Source: Vitrella brassicaformis CCMP3155
Taxonomy: Eukaryota > Protista > Chromerida
Direction: 5' to 3'
NCBI GenBank assembly: GCA_001179505.1
Contig: CDMY01000698.1
Span: forward strand, 1-64,000
Length of the DNA stretch: 64,000 nucleotides
Part shown: positions 36,801 to 49,116 of the stretch, in pieces
Position numbering within the stretch: position 1 is the stretch's first letter
How the letters are laid out: the number at the start of each line of letters is the position of its first letter
Notes under the pieces: model-generated
What the model was told of the DNA's origin: nothing
Database searches by the model: none
The model's input: the letters and a program-made list of their open reading frames with translations, nothing else
Translations under genes and position numbers: made by a program

Positions 36801-39800
36801 GACACCCAGGTAGGCACAGCCCACACGACTGGCTGAATATGTTCGCCACTGCTGTGAACGTACCTGCACTATCTCCCCAACGATGGGATTCGGTGTGCCT
36901 TTTGCGACCTGCGACTTGCCATAGCTGCCACACATGACACAGCGACAAGCAGACACACTCAATGATGCGTCGGGCTCCTTTCTACAGCACATGGCTGACC
37001 TGACGATGCCTTTGAGAATTTCGACAGCAGTAGCACGGTCACAGTCATCGAAGACGGACCCGAGGAGGAGCTGTCCCTGTGCGTCTTTGAGAAGCATGTC
37101 ACATATCGCCTGTGCCAGTCCCGTCAGTCCCCAACACCTGCACACAAACAAACGCACCACCACAGCACTCTCGTCCAAATGAGATGGAGGTCGGTGACCC
37201 TCCTTTGCTGACCTTCCTGTCTCTCTGACTGAGCGTCTTCACACAGGTCATGCAGAGGACCAGCAGCTGCATGTCGATCCTTTCGGCCCTCTCAAAGATG
37301 AGTGTCAGACTCGATACGAACTGCGACTCTATCAGAATGCCGGCCTCCCCACCATCTGCACACACACACAAAGACATACACATATGGTTCAAGAGTTCTG
37401 GGAGGTGCACCGACTGACGGACCTATCAGCGCCATGGCTGGAATGACCAGAGCAGTCGTGATGCAACATGCCAAGGAGTTCCTTGGATCCTCGTGCGCTC
37501 TGTAGTCCATGTCCAATGTGTTGGCCACTCGATCTCGAAGTGTCGCATCCAGGACGAGGGAACGAAGCGGCTGCATCGGGGGCGGGGCAGCGGCGAGTAT
37601 TTTCACCGCCCCCGGTTGCTCGATGTACTTGTCGAAATCACCTAGCTGCAAAGAGCCACCTGCACACACAAATACACATTTACCCCACTAGCCGTCAGTC
37701 TCCTTCACCTCCTACCTGTCTTCTTTCGCATGCAGAGGACGAGAGCGATTCTGATGAAGATCCCTGATGTGGGGATCGCCGCGCAGCACAGGGGAGAGGC
37801 AGGATCGGACGCCGCGATGAGGTCCACCAGCCCGTCCATGTGGGCGTAGATGTGCGTGTTGAGAGCCGCCCTGATGGCCGGCCACTCCTCCACAATGCCT
37901 GCCAAGACAAAGGACAGCAGCCTGGTTCAAAGAGCATATCAACGTGCACTTTTCTGACCTAATCGTGGCGAGTCACGTAGATAGTCTGCGGCGAACATCA
38001 GCGGCACTAAGAAGCGGCTCGTCCTCTCGGTCTGGTCATCCGTCAGCTGCTTCAGGCTCTCGACGCATATGGAGTAGAACTCGAGCACGAGTTGAAATGA
38101 CGGCCCGACAGGGCTGGGCACAAACAGCTTCTTCAGCATCACGACGGTCTCGTTGGCTAATGATGCGTGTCTGCACCCCCGAATGACCTCCATCGCCTGC
38201 CGGAGGGTCGTTTGGGGGGTCTGGAGGAGGCTCGCGCGGAGCTGCGGCCCTCCTGCAGCCTCGAGGGCGGTGGCCGCTTCAAGAGCAGATCGAATAAGGT
38301 GCACTCTCACATACGTCACGACGTCGATGGGGCGAAGCAGCGGCTCGTTGGGTGACGATGCCTCGACGATAGCATGCGCGATGATGCTGTGGACCTTTCC
38401 GCCCAGGTCGCCCCCCTCCCCTCCTCCCTCCGTCGACAGATCCTCAAGGCCCTTCCACGTCGCGATCTCGAAGATGCGCTGGACGGCCGACACACGATTC
38501 GACGGGGCCATGTGCTCCAGGAAGCCATGAGTGCAGAGGACGACCAGCAGGTCAGCAGTCGCCAGCTGGCACTCCCTATTGCTGTCGTCGACTAGGCGCA
38601 TCAAGACGCGAAGGAAAAGCTCCCCCTCTTTTTCGAATCGCACAACCAGCCGTTTGGCAGATGCATCGGTCACTGCGCCGCCAACGATGCCTCTGGCTGC
38701 CGCAGTGAATGTCTCGATATCGTCAGATAGCAGGCCGCCCACCATCGCATCGAGGCCGACAGGTGACGAGGGCTGCGGGGAGGGGGAGCAGGGCGGCGGA
38801 GGTGCCCCTGAAGACGCCGGACGTGTGTGCGCAGCTGTCTTGCGCTTGGTTGGGCAGTGCGATCGGTCCGTCGCGGCTGAGCTGCTGCACACGGTGGCCG
38901 TCTTGGGGAGCGAATCGATGAACGACGATACCTACACAGAAAGGCAGGAGGGAATCAGAGAGGCATCTGTGCGTCCATCGGCTCATGTGTGTGGTCGTGC
39001 GGTTTCGTTGGCTTTGTCACTCACATCTGCTGACAGGTCACGGCGGCCTCTCAGCTGCTGGACGGCCTCACACTGGCAGTAAACCACACAATCAGACAGA
39101 CACGGACACATTGCGATCGACGTATGGTCGCAAGGCAGGACACTCCTTTGTTCGGTGCTACCTGTACAATCTGGTCGACGAATGGGTTGGTTGTCGCCTT
39201 GCGGTCAGTGACCAGCTCATGACCACACCTGCAGGACAGCCCATGACAGACACATACGTGGAGCAGCTGCAGCCACTATTATTCCAAGGCATTCACCCCG
39301 CTCACTTGATCATCCACTGCAGGAGATTGGCGACACAGTCGATGAGCCCCGGCCCCACACACAGGCTCGGTCAATAGCTGGCAGACAGCTTCTACCACTC
39401 GATGACCTGGGCCAATGTCTCCCGAATCTGTGAAGATACACACACCCAGCCCTAGCTTCACATGTCACTTTGTGTCCCCAACCGCGCCTCTCTCTCTGTC
39501 TCTCTTTCAATGGCCATTCTGTCTGACCAATAGCGAATCTTGCCGGTATCTTCAAACAGGTGAGCATTGTGGAGTAGGTGCATGGCGGCAGCTCGATATC
39601 TTGGTCAGGAAGGGCGTTGGCCGCTTTAACGGCTTTGATGATCAGCGAGGGGTTGTCAAGCAGTAATCGGCATGACGACAGGGAGAAATGGGTGGGAAAG
39701 TCCCGCTGCTGGCTTAGTCTGAGGACGCCCATCATGATGGCACCCAGTGTGGCCGCCGCCATAGCCAACATCCCTCCTTCTGCAGAGCTGACAATGCCCA

Positions 39801-40811
39801 GGAGCGGCTCCACGTGTGGATAAAGGTGCTGTTCGAGCAGCCGCCTCACGTCCTTCTGGCGCAGAGCTGATGGACCGACACACACACGTACACAGAAGAC
39901 GACGACAACACTAAGGGGTTGTCGGCTTAGAGCTCATTTCTAAATGTGTTTGCATCTTACATTTGCTCTGCCTCTGCGAGGCTGCGTGTGCCACATACGA
40001 AGGCAGATCCAGCACCCACCGCCATCCCTCTGCATGCGTAGGTCGCCCCTCCCAAATGCTCGACGAGGAGTGTGAAGAGCGGCAGGGACAGCTGGAGGGG
40101 AATGGGGGTGAGGTCCTCATCGGGGGAAGATGGCGATGGGGTGGTAAACGGCTGCAGCAGCGATTTCACGACGGAATACGCCGTAGGGGAAACAGACCCA
40201 TGTGTGTCGGTGCGGATGACCTTCAGACACTGCTTGATGGTGGTCTCGTGGTTGGCGAGCACTGAGTCCCGCAGACGAGCGCCCTCCCGCGGTGCAGCGG
40301 CCTGCAGATCCTGAAGCACCGAGGCAAGAAACAGCAGCCGCAGGTACGTCACGACGTCCACTGCAGCATCAGCTTTGACGACGTGTTTGACGTATAGGCT
40401 CTCGTCAGGCCCATAGCCCCTGCTGGCGGCTGTTGGTTCCCTCCAGGTCACCACATCCACAATAACACCAGCCACATCGACAAGCTGGCATGACTGCAGA
40501 GCTGCAATAGCGGGATTGATCAGATTCTCCGTAACGATGAAGAGCAGCAGATCGGCCGCAGCCAGCTGGGTCTCCCTGTATCGATCATTCACCAGCCGCA
40601 GCAGTATGCGCCTCAGCCCGTCTTTGTCTTTGAGAAGGCGGGCAGCGAGACGCTGCTTTTCCTTTTTGTTGAGCCTCTCCTTCACACATGCATTGGCCAC
40701 CTGCCGTGCTGCAGCTGTGAAGGTGGTGGGGTCCGCTGAGAGTAGATCCGCCGCAAGCAGGTCGGTGTCGCTCTGACTCAGCAGTTGCGGTTCACGAGAT
40801 CCCTTCCTCAT
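33862..40811 (-). CDS. Large helical (ARM-like) protein with two tandem homologous units, Lys-rich coiled coil, Pro-rich linker and C-terminal C3HC4 RING
   Basis: CVICFGEYG...IPCRHMHICTKC...CEQC RING at the C-terminus; units at 40811-38930 and 38800-36600 are paralogous and linked in phase (GAT|gtgagt...tag|GTA). Confidence 0.7.
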
Positions 40812-40961
40812 CTCAATGTGGCAGAGCTGCCCACGTGGACGGGCTAAAGAGCTGCACACGCTTAGATCAGTACGCTCCGGTCGCCAAAACTCTCTCCTGC
40901 TCGACTAGCTCGCAGATGAAGCGGAGCGGGGAGAGGCGGATCACGCATTCGAGGTGGCGTG

Positions 40962-42124
40962 ATGGAGAGCTTAGATGACCCACGCTTCCGTGCCCATCGC
41001 GATGAGGACTTTCTGCGCGACAACCCGCTGGACAACACCAATATCATGCAATGTGATCACGCGGCACACACACACACAGACACACAGACACACAGACACT
41101 CACACACACAAGCAATGAGTGAATGAGTGAGTGTGCTGTCTTGTCGGAGTGCAGATTTCTACGGTTCACCATTACGGCTCATCGGCGCTGAATGAGCGGC
41201 TGCGGTGAGGCGAAGAGGCGCCTGAGTGAGCCAAACAGACAAGCAGACAGCGGCGAGACAACCGCTGTGACTCATGTGAGTGTGTTTGCTTGTGTGTGTG
41301 TGTGTGTGCAGTGATTTGGATGGCGTCGAGTATCGTGTGGTGCAGTCGATTCCCATGGAGGAGCTGCAGCAGCGGGGACTCATCACCTTCTCGGACCTCT
41401 GGATCATCGCCAAACTGACGAGAAAGGCCAACGTCACGCACCCAACAAACGTACATCGACTGACCGACTGACTCATGATTGGCTGCTTGCTTGCCTCACC
41501 ACTGGTTGTGTGCTGTGCGCTCTGTGGTGTGTGTGTGGTGCAGACGTACTAGTGTGATTTACGAGGCGCCATCTCTGCTGCGGCTGCCCAACAAACGCCT
41601 CACTGACACGGCCGCCAGCCTTGGTCGGTCAGCAGCCGAGACCGATGCTCACTCTCTGTGTGAGTGTTGATCTGTCGTGTGTGTGGTTCAGATGAGTGGT
41701 TTGAGACGGTGAGGGGGCTGTGGCGCTTCTCGCTCGCTCACGGCTACGAGTGGCGCACCGACGGCACCACACGGACCGCTGCCAAGGGAGGCGCCCATGA
41801 GGCGTCCAAACAGAGGAGGAGCTGTCCTGCCGGTGTGGACATATCGCTCCGGACCTTGCAGCGGCGCCGCTTCACCTTCCTCTCAGACGCACTCCACAGC
41901 CGGGCCGCACGATTCGCCAAGGACAAACAAAAGTGAGCTATATTATCGGCATGAGGTGCCATCCATCCATCCATGTATGTGACATCCCATGTGTGTCTGC
42001 GTGTAGGTTTGTGGACGAGCATCGTGAGCTCTGCTCTCAGCCGCCGCAGAATGAGTTCTATGGGCTGCAGGCTGCCATGCCCGCCCCAGCTACAGCCCAA
42101 GAGACAGAGAGCGGCGCCCCATAG
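40962..42124 (+). CDS. MED6: Mediator subunit MED6-like gene with two apparent frame lesions (pseudogene or assembly error)
   Basis: NIMQYF, ALNERLR, DGVEY, WIIAKLTR, VIYEAPSL, KRL, RFSLAHGYEW align to the MED6 motif order (VLDYF, NNE, GIEY, FIIRKQQR, VIYQAPDL, SRV, RYHPSKGYWW in the human protein as recalled). Stops occur at 41193 and 41550 under canonical splicing. Confidence 0.75.
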
Positions 42125-42623
42125 GTGTCACTCCTGCCGGTGGCCCTGTCCCTGAGCATGACCCACTGTTTGTGTTGGCTGTTTTTTCTGTACGGCCTCA
42201 TTACCTACCTAGTGGCCGCATCTGTCTGCCTGTGTCATTGCTTCGCTCGAGAGGGAAAGAGGGCTGTCATGACTGACACTTGTGTAGGTGTTCGTGTTGG
42301 TGCATTGATGCTTCTGCTCAGACTGACTGCATTCATTTAGGCTGCGACAGACAGTTCACAGGGGGATGGTGAACTGTCTGCGGGATGCGTGGCAGGTTTC
42401 GAGTGAATGCCTCTCTGGTTCCTTTCATTTCATCGAAGCCAAGCTGCGTAAAAGAAGGGCCTGTTGGGCCATTGATGAGCCCACCCATCACATTCAGCGA
42501 CGCCCAAACGGTCCCACGTGCACAGACAATAAAAATAGTCAGCCACTGGGAAGGCAGGCAGCAGGAGGACACCGACAACACGCAACACAGGCAGCAACGG
42601 ACCCTCCCCCCCTCTCATGAAGG

Positions 42624-44448
42624 CTAAACATGGAGGCTAGATCGCATCTTCTTCCTTTCCCCTCCCCTCACCCATGCGCTGCCCGTGCGACGGCCCCTCC
42701 GGCCGAGGCCCACAGAAGATGCCTTCCTTCTCAGCGCTTTGTGCACCTTCATGATGGCCTTCTTGACGCGTTTGGCGGCCCTCCTCAACACCTGTGCCGT
42801 GCTGCCAAACGCGTCAAGAAGGCCTTCATGAAGGCGATGCCTTCGGCTCCCGCCCCGGGCGGACGACTTGCGCCGAGAGGACGTGCGCGGAGACTTACGG
42901 CGGGACCTGCGGAAGCGATGAGGACCCACACCAGAGGTGGTGGTCTCCTGAGGAGACACAGCGGCTGCAGACGACCCTGCGCTCGTAGAGAGCTCCTCAG
43001 GGCGAGAGGCGCTGATGGACATGGCGTGGGGGGCGGTGGTGTGTGTGGGGGGGAAGAAGCCGAGGGCGATGTACTCGGCGAAGAGGGGTGTGAGGGCCGG
43101 GTCATCGAAGTATGGGTGACACGCGAGCTGGGCAGCAGTCCACCGGCACGTCGGCAGGCACAACATCCTGCAGACAATGAATGAATGGGACACACACAGG
43201 TGCACACACACGCAAGATGCAAGACGCCCCCTTCTCTGACTTACTTCGACAGCACAGAGATGAGGCCCTCGTGCTGGACACCCAGCTGCCGTATCTTGGC
43301 TTTGCTCCGCTCCCCGCTGCTGACGTCGATGTCGCGGAAGAGGCCAGGCGGGAGCCCCATCGCCGCGGCTTCGTTGCCGGTCGGCCGCCCAGTGAAGTCG
43401 AAAAGCGTCCGAGACCTACGCAAACACATACACAGAGAGAGAGGACATACGGCCATCCATCCATCCAGCCGCGTGTCTGTGTGTGTATGAGTGTGCTAAA
43501 GTACACGTTGGCGAGTTCTGTGTTGCTGGGCGTGGCAAGGGGGAAGATGTCCTTCCACGAGTTCTTGCCCGTGGCCATCTCCAGCCCCAGTACGCCGGCC
43601 TGGAAGATGTCGCCCTGCCGCACACTGTATGCCGGGAAAAGACCGCAACCTGGACGAACGACAAATAACACACACACGCAAAAGCAAAAGACGCCCCTCA
43701 TTCTTGATGGCCCACCTCCCTCCGTGTCTCGGTCTTTGTTACCTATTGGGTCATCGTGTGCCGCGTAAGGCCACGCCATCTCTGGCGTCACGTAGCCTGG
43801 CGTCCCTTTGGCTCCCTGGAACGTCCCCGAGCCCTCCCCGTGCCCCCCGTACGGTGTCTTGGGGTGGACGCTTAGGCCGAAGTCGATGGCCTTCATGATG
43901 GGCAGGCCACCCTCTCCTCTCCTCACCAGCAGGTTTGCGCGAGAGATGTCGCCGTGCGCAATCCCGAGCTCATGCAGGAAAGCCAGCATGCGGACGGACT
44001 GGTAGAGGACGGCTTTGATGTCGGCGTCAGACAGCACTGAGCTGGTCATCCACTTGTCCGCCGACTGGTACCCATCCAGCAGCTCCAGCTGTAGCCACTG
44101 GTCGCCCTGCCGCGTGCTGCTGTGGTCGAGGAAGCTGCCGTACCTCTTGACAATGTTCGGATGCCAGCCGCTGCGATAGAGCTCCTTAGATCTGCCGGCT
44201 GCGAGGGCTCGGGCTTCTGCATTTGATTGCAGGACGTCATAAAGAAGTACCTCGTTGAGGCTGCTGAGGTGGATGGTGCCACCCGTCGCCCCGGGCCGCC
44301 GCACTGGCTTGAAAATTTTCATCGCAAAGAGGCGGTTGGGGTCGGGATAGGCCCTGTCCTTGGCTCTGTGTACCGTAGAATAAGCCCCCTCACCGAAGGG
44401 TTGGGCTTGAACGTCGAAACGGCCAGAAAAGATGGAATTCGAAGACAT
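42624..44448 (-). CDS. Ser/Thr protein kinase (CDK/CMGC-like, non-RD HGD loop), 4 exons
   Basis: GEGAYSTV, AMK, HPNIVK, HGDISRANLL, DFG, GTPGYVTPE, DIFQAG, MLC...RWTAAQLACHPYF; junctions in phase; basic C-terminal tail. Confidence 0.92.
42746..42834. repeat. Foldback inverted repeat: 34-bp arms, 21-nt loop, 2 mismatches
   Basis: 42746-42779 ccttcatgatggccttcttgacgcgtttggcggc versus 42801-42834 gctgccaaacgcgtcaagaaggccttcatgaagg. Confidence 0.95.
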
Positions 44449-45459
44449 GACGGTCTGTCCCGAGAGCGGAATTTGAGAGCGGGGAGGCTAGATGATGGCT
44501 GGGCCTTGCAGAGAGATGGTCAGAGAGCAAAAAAGGCAGCTGTTTAGGAAACAGGCGATATCAGATGCATCACACGATGCTTTCCATACATGCGCAAGGT
44601 TGGGGGCTGGGTTTTTTGGGTGCCCCCCGTCTCAGACGTCTCCAGATTGTCTGGAAAGTGAGTGCGTGGTTGTCCGGCAAGAATCTTCTGGCTGTGCTAC
44701 GGTGTGTGTGGGTGAGTTTTGACGCTTTCACATCGAGTGGCTGGGTGGGTGTTGTTGTGTTGGTCAGGTAGGTCTGGAAAATGCACGGTGGCCCGCTAAT
44801 GTCTCCTCTTACATGGCACCTCTTTGCACACGGGGACGCATGGACAGATGGATGGCTGCATGTCCGTGGGCTGATGGATGAATGGATTAATGGACTGATT
44901 GTAATTCCATTGAGCCCCTCCAACAAGCAACGCAAACAGTAGTGGCCCTCACCTCCCAGCCTTTCTCCCTTTTCCATGCGCGCCTATTTCGACCAATGTA
45001 CATCCTTGGTGTCTTCAAAATTGACCGCAAAAACGGACACACACGCACTTTGTTCGAGAGACGACGAAATCTCTCTCTTCGTTTCGTGCATGGCACACAG
45101 CACACAGCACTCTGGCCTGCCTCCTTGTGCAAATGCATCACTCATATGCTCCCGCCAAGGACGTGCACTAGGACACACACTACAAAAGACGCAGACCCGA
45201 GGCTGTTGGTCTGCTCGAGGCTCGGTACTGCTGTGACAGGCACACACACTGGACACACACACGCAAACCAGACAGAACAACAGCCAGACCGAAAAATCGA
45301 GACGCAGCGAAGGACAGACAAAGAGGAGGTATACCGAAGAGACAACCAGCCGTCCAGCCAATCCCTTGGCACGGCCATCCCAAGTCTTAATTGCTCTTTT
45401 TCGACCTCACGAGGATGGACGGGAGGGAAAACCCACAAACGGAGAAGCCAGCCCGTTGG

Positions 45460-46706
45460 CTAGTGCGAGACGGACCCGGGGGGCTCCTTGGCCATGATTT
45501 GCTTGCACTGGGCGTCGAAGGGGTGCACCTGCGACTGGCTGCCCGGGAACCACATCGTCACCTGAGGAACCACACGACACCACCACTCATTCACTCTGCA
45601 CCATACTCAAGCTGCTTGCGATTGATATGAGTCACCGAGTTGCGCTGCCGCCCCGCCGGGAGAGCGTCTTCTCGGCGTTCCAGTCCCCCCGACGCGATGG
45701 CCCCGAGTGCCAGGCCGGTGCCACCCAACAACGCCGGCTCGACATTCTGCACGTATAGAAGGAGACACACATGGTGGGCAGAAGGCGTGAATGGATCGTG
45801 CTGGTGCTTACGAAGAGCTCCATCACGAAATAGCCAGACAAAGGGCTGAAGATTGCGAACTGGATGGTCCTGTAGGGGATCCTGACGCAAGACAGACCAT
45901 GGATTATTTGCAACCGCCTGTCTGTCTGTCTGTCTGTCTCCGTGTCGATTGGTTGGCCTGACCTTCCGATAAGGTTCTCCTGGCCGTCCGATTGCTTGGC
46001 GAACAAGGGATACACACCGGACCAGACAAAGGAGCCCTGAGGAAGGATGAGGAACTGATTACTGGTGCTGCCCCTATTCTGCAGGCCCCCGTCCTTGAGG
46101 ATCGTGATGAGAATGTAGAGGTCATCCACACGGGCATTGGTGATGGGGAGGCGGTTCTGCCACGGCTCGTAGAACAGCGCGTCAAACCCGTACACCTCTA
46201 CACACACACACACACACACAGGGCAGAGAAGTACGCGCAGCGCAGAGGGGTGTGCACCAACCTGGTAGACGACGTTTGGGTCTATTCTAAAGGCAGCGAC
46301 GCAGGTAGGCTGGATGACACCCTTCTGGGGGTCCCCCGCCAGGGCAATGTTCACCGGCACAGCACGGGGAGAAACCGCCCAAAACTGAGGATACACACCG
46401 TCGGTGCTGGCCTCCAGCCCATAAGCCTCATGGAAGAAATGGGCCGCTGAATTAGGGTACTGTTGTGTGTTCTCGGGCTCGTCCAGGGTCTGTGGCACAT
46501 CCGGCCTGATGATCCGGGCCCGCGTCGTAGCCCCTGCTGATGACCAAGAAGGTCTGGTACACCCTCATGTCGTTGCAGGGGGGGAGATGCCTTCGTTTGG
46601 TTGATGTCAGCGGCAGCAGCTGCGAGGAGGGAAAGGCTCAGGGCCACCCCTGCGAACAGAAAAAGTGCCTTCGCCAAGGGGGGCGCCGACAAGAAAAAGG
46701 CGACAT
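45460..46706 (-). CDS. Hypothetical, probably secreted protein; signal peptide lies in a shifted frame between two C-homopolymers
   Basis: Exons MRVYQTFLVISRGY..., AHFFHEAYG...VVYQ, VYGFDALFYEPW..., IPYRTIQFAIF..., NVEPALLGG..., VTMWFPG...; h-region ALFLFAGVALSLSLLAAAAA is out of frame with ATG 46706. Confidence 0.6.
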
Positions 46707-46970
46707 TCGTGCCCGAAGTACAAGATTATTGGCCAGGAACACTCATACCGGCCGTCCATCCATCCATCAATCCATCATCCGCTCCTGCGTCCAGCTCACC
46801 TGCGCTGCGCGTAGCTGTGGCCGCTGATCGGACCGAACAGACGAAGAAGCCATACATTCGCTACCCCGCCATTATGGACCCAATATTTTGCGAGCTACGT
46901 TTTTAGGTCCCGAGCGGCAAGTGCGAGAGAAGGCCGAATCGCAGCGAACCAAACAGAACGGCCGAGCAGG

Positions 46971-48189
46971 ATGCCAGTAGACACGCCGTCGTTGTCCACC
47001 GCGCCTTCTTCGCTGTCGCCACCCTCCCTCCCCGACCTCGCATCGCCAGGGTCCTCCAGGTCGCACGGGCCTGACCCCCTCTACCTCCCGCCTCGCTCGG
47101 TATTCAACGACGACGAGTGCGCACCTCTCCAGAAACCCAGGCTGCTCTACTTCGGCGTCAAGGGACGCGCAGAACCGATTCGACTGGCCTTCGCCATTGG
47201 TGAGGGCACGGCAGAGGCAGACAGCTTGGGGGGGCGTGGCAAGGCAGAATGGCACTCTGATGGCGCTGGCTTGTCTGTGTGTGCAGCGGGTGTTGACTTT
47301 GAGGACGTTCGTCTGACCGAGAGGGCCTTCCTGTCGCGATGTCGGAGTGGGAGCCTCCCGTATGAGCAGTTGCCCGTGCTGGAGATGGAGGGCCACGTGC
47401 TCTCCCAGTCCTTCGCAATCATGACCTTCGTCGGCAGGAGGACGGGTACGCGCCAAGCCTTGCCTGCGCGAGAAACAGGCTCACCAGCCTCTGTTGACGT
47501 GTGGGCTGTGCCCTGTGTGCAGGTTTGATGCCTGCTGAGGCGTGGGAGGAGGCCAAGGCGGCTGAGTTTGTTTTGGGTGTGGACGAGGCCTACTCGGCCA
47601 TCGCCGAGACGGTCAGGGAGGAGGACGTCGCAACCAAGATGAAGGTAGGCGCGTCCAGATGGACGGATGGCTGACGTGTCATCCCTGCTCTGTGCTGTGT
47701 GTGTGCGTGCCTTTGGCTCACCAGATGCGCACTGAGCTGGCAAGTGTCCACCTGCCCAGGACGCTCGCCTGTCTGGACGCCCTCGCCGCCAGCAACTCCA
47801 CACCGGGATACGCAGTGGGCTCCTCACTGTCCATGGTAAATAAAGGAGCTTGAACGGCACTCACCGCAGCGAGCGCAGCAGCATCCCCACCAACGAACGA
47901 CCCATGTGTGTGTGGCTCATCTCATGCAGGCGGATCTCGTGCTGTTCAATCTGATCAGCTGGCTGCGGGCCGGTGTGGTCAGCGGCGTGCCCAAGACCCT
48001 GGCCGACAAACACACACACATCATGCAGGTGGGGAGGGAGGGACGGAGGGAGGGAGGGAGTCAGCAGACTGACAAAAAATCATGTGTGTGTGTGTGTGTG
48101 TGTGTGTTCAGATCCACGCGACGGTGCAGAGCCACCCGAGGGTTCAGGAGTGGTACCAGAGGCCACGCCGGCCGACAAAGCGAGTCTAA
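46971..48189 (+). CDS. Glutathione S-transferase, sigma-class-like, with Ser/Pro-rich N-terminal extension, 6 exons
   Basis: LLYFGVKGRAEPIRL, VDFEDVR, PYEQLPVLE, LSQSFAI, GSSLSMADLVLF; all junctions in phase. Confidence 0.93.
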
Positions 48190-49061
48190 CTGACCTCACT
48201 CCTCCCACTCCTCCCTCCCCCCGCCTCCCTGCCCTCCCTCGTTCTTTTCCAACATGTAGATAAACACACATAGACATACACTCTCTCTCTCCCACTACTG
48301 CTCCCTCCCTCCATCCCTCCCTCCCTCACTCCCTCCCTCCCTCCCTCACTCCGCTCACTGGTCCCCTTTTGAACCGACTGGTTGATGACACATGACTGAC
48401 GAGAGAGAAACCCTCCTCTCTGTTTTTTCCAATGCACACAAACGAACGAAGATACGGTTTGATTCGATTTGTGTTTTGTTTTGTTTTCTGCCCGCTACCT
48501 GGCGATCGATCAAGCAACGCAGCCAACGTGTGGATGACACTTGGGGATGGACGGATGGAGTCCGTCCGGTGTGGGTTTGTTGAGTGGTTTGTTGAGCGGT
48601 TGGTTGGTTGGTTGTTGCCAGAGCGGGGCGGGGCGGGCGAAAGCAAGCTCTGATTTTCGCTGCCTGCGTCATGGAAGTGGTTTGGTCGACGCCCAAGGGT
48701 AGACAGGTAGACAGACAGGTAGAGAGACCCAACGAAGCAAGGCGGTTTTGGCACCCGCGACTTCGTCTGTGTGTATGTATGTGTGTTTGAGTGTGTTGTG
48801 TTGTTTGATGTACCAAGATTTTCGTGTCTGCGTGTACGTGTGCGTGTCTGCGTGTGAATTGTGTGGGTGGGTGGGGGTGGGGGGAGGGGGGGACTGTAGG
48901 GGTTTAGCGCTTCCACGATACTAGCTAGCTCTCTTGGTCGGGGGGAGGGGAGGGGGGGGGGGCATCCACATCCATCCGTCCATTCATCTCTCTGTCTGTC
49001 CAATCTGTACACCAGTCATCAGTCTAAATCACCTCCCTGCGTCTCTCGAGCTGTCTCCCTC

Positions 49062-49116
49062 TCTCCCTCTCTCCCTCTCTCCCTCTCTCCCTCTCTCCCT
49101 CTCCCTCTCTCTCTCT
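49062..49116 (+). repeat. (CT/CTCTCC)n microsatellite in long non-coding stretch
   Basis: ctctctccctctctccctct... read directly. Confidence 0.85.
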
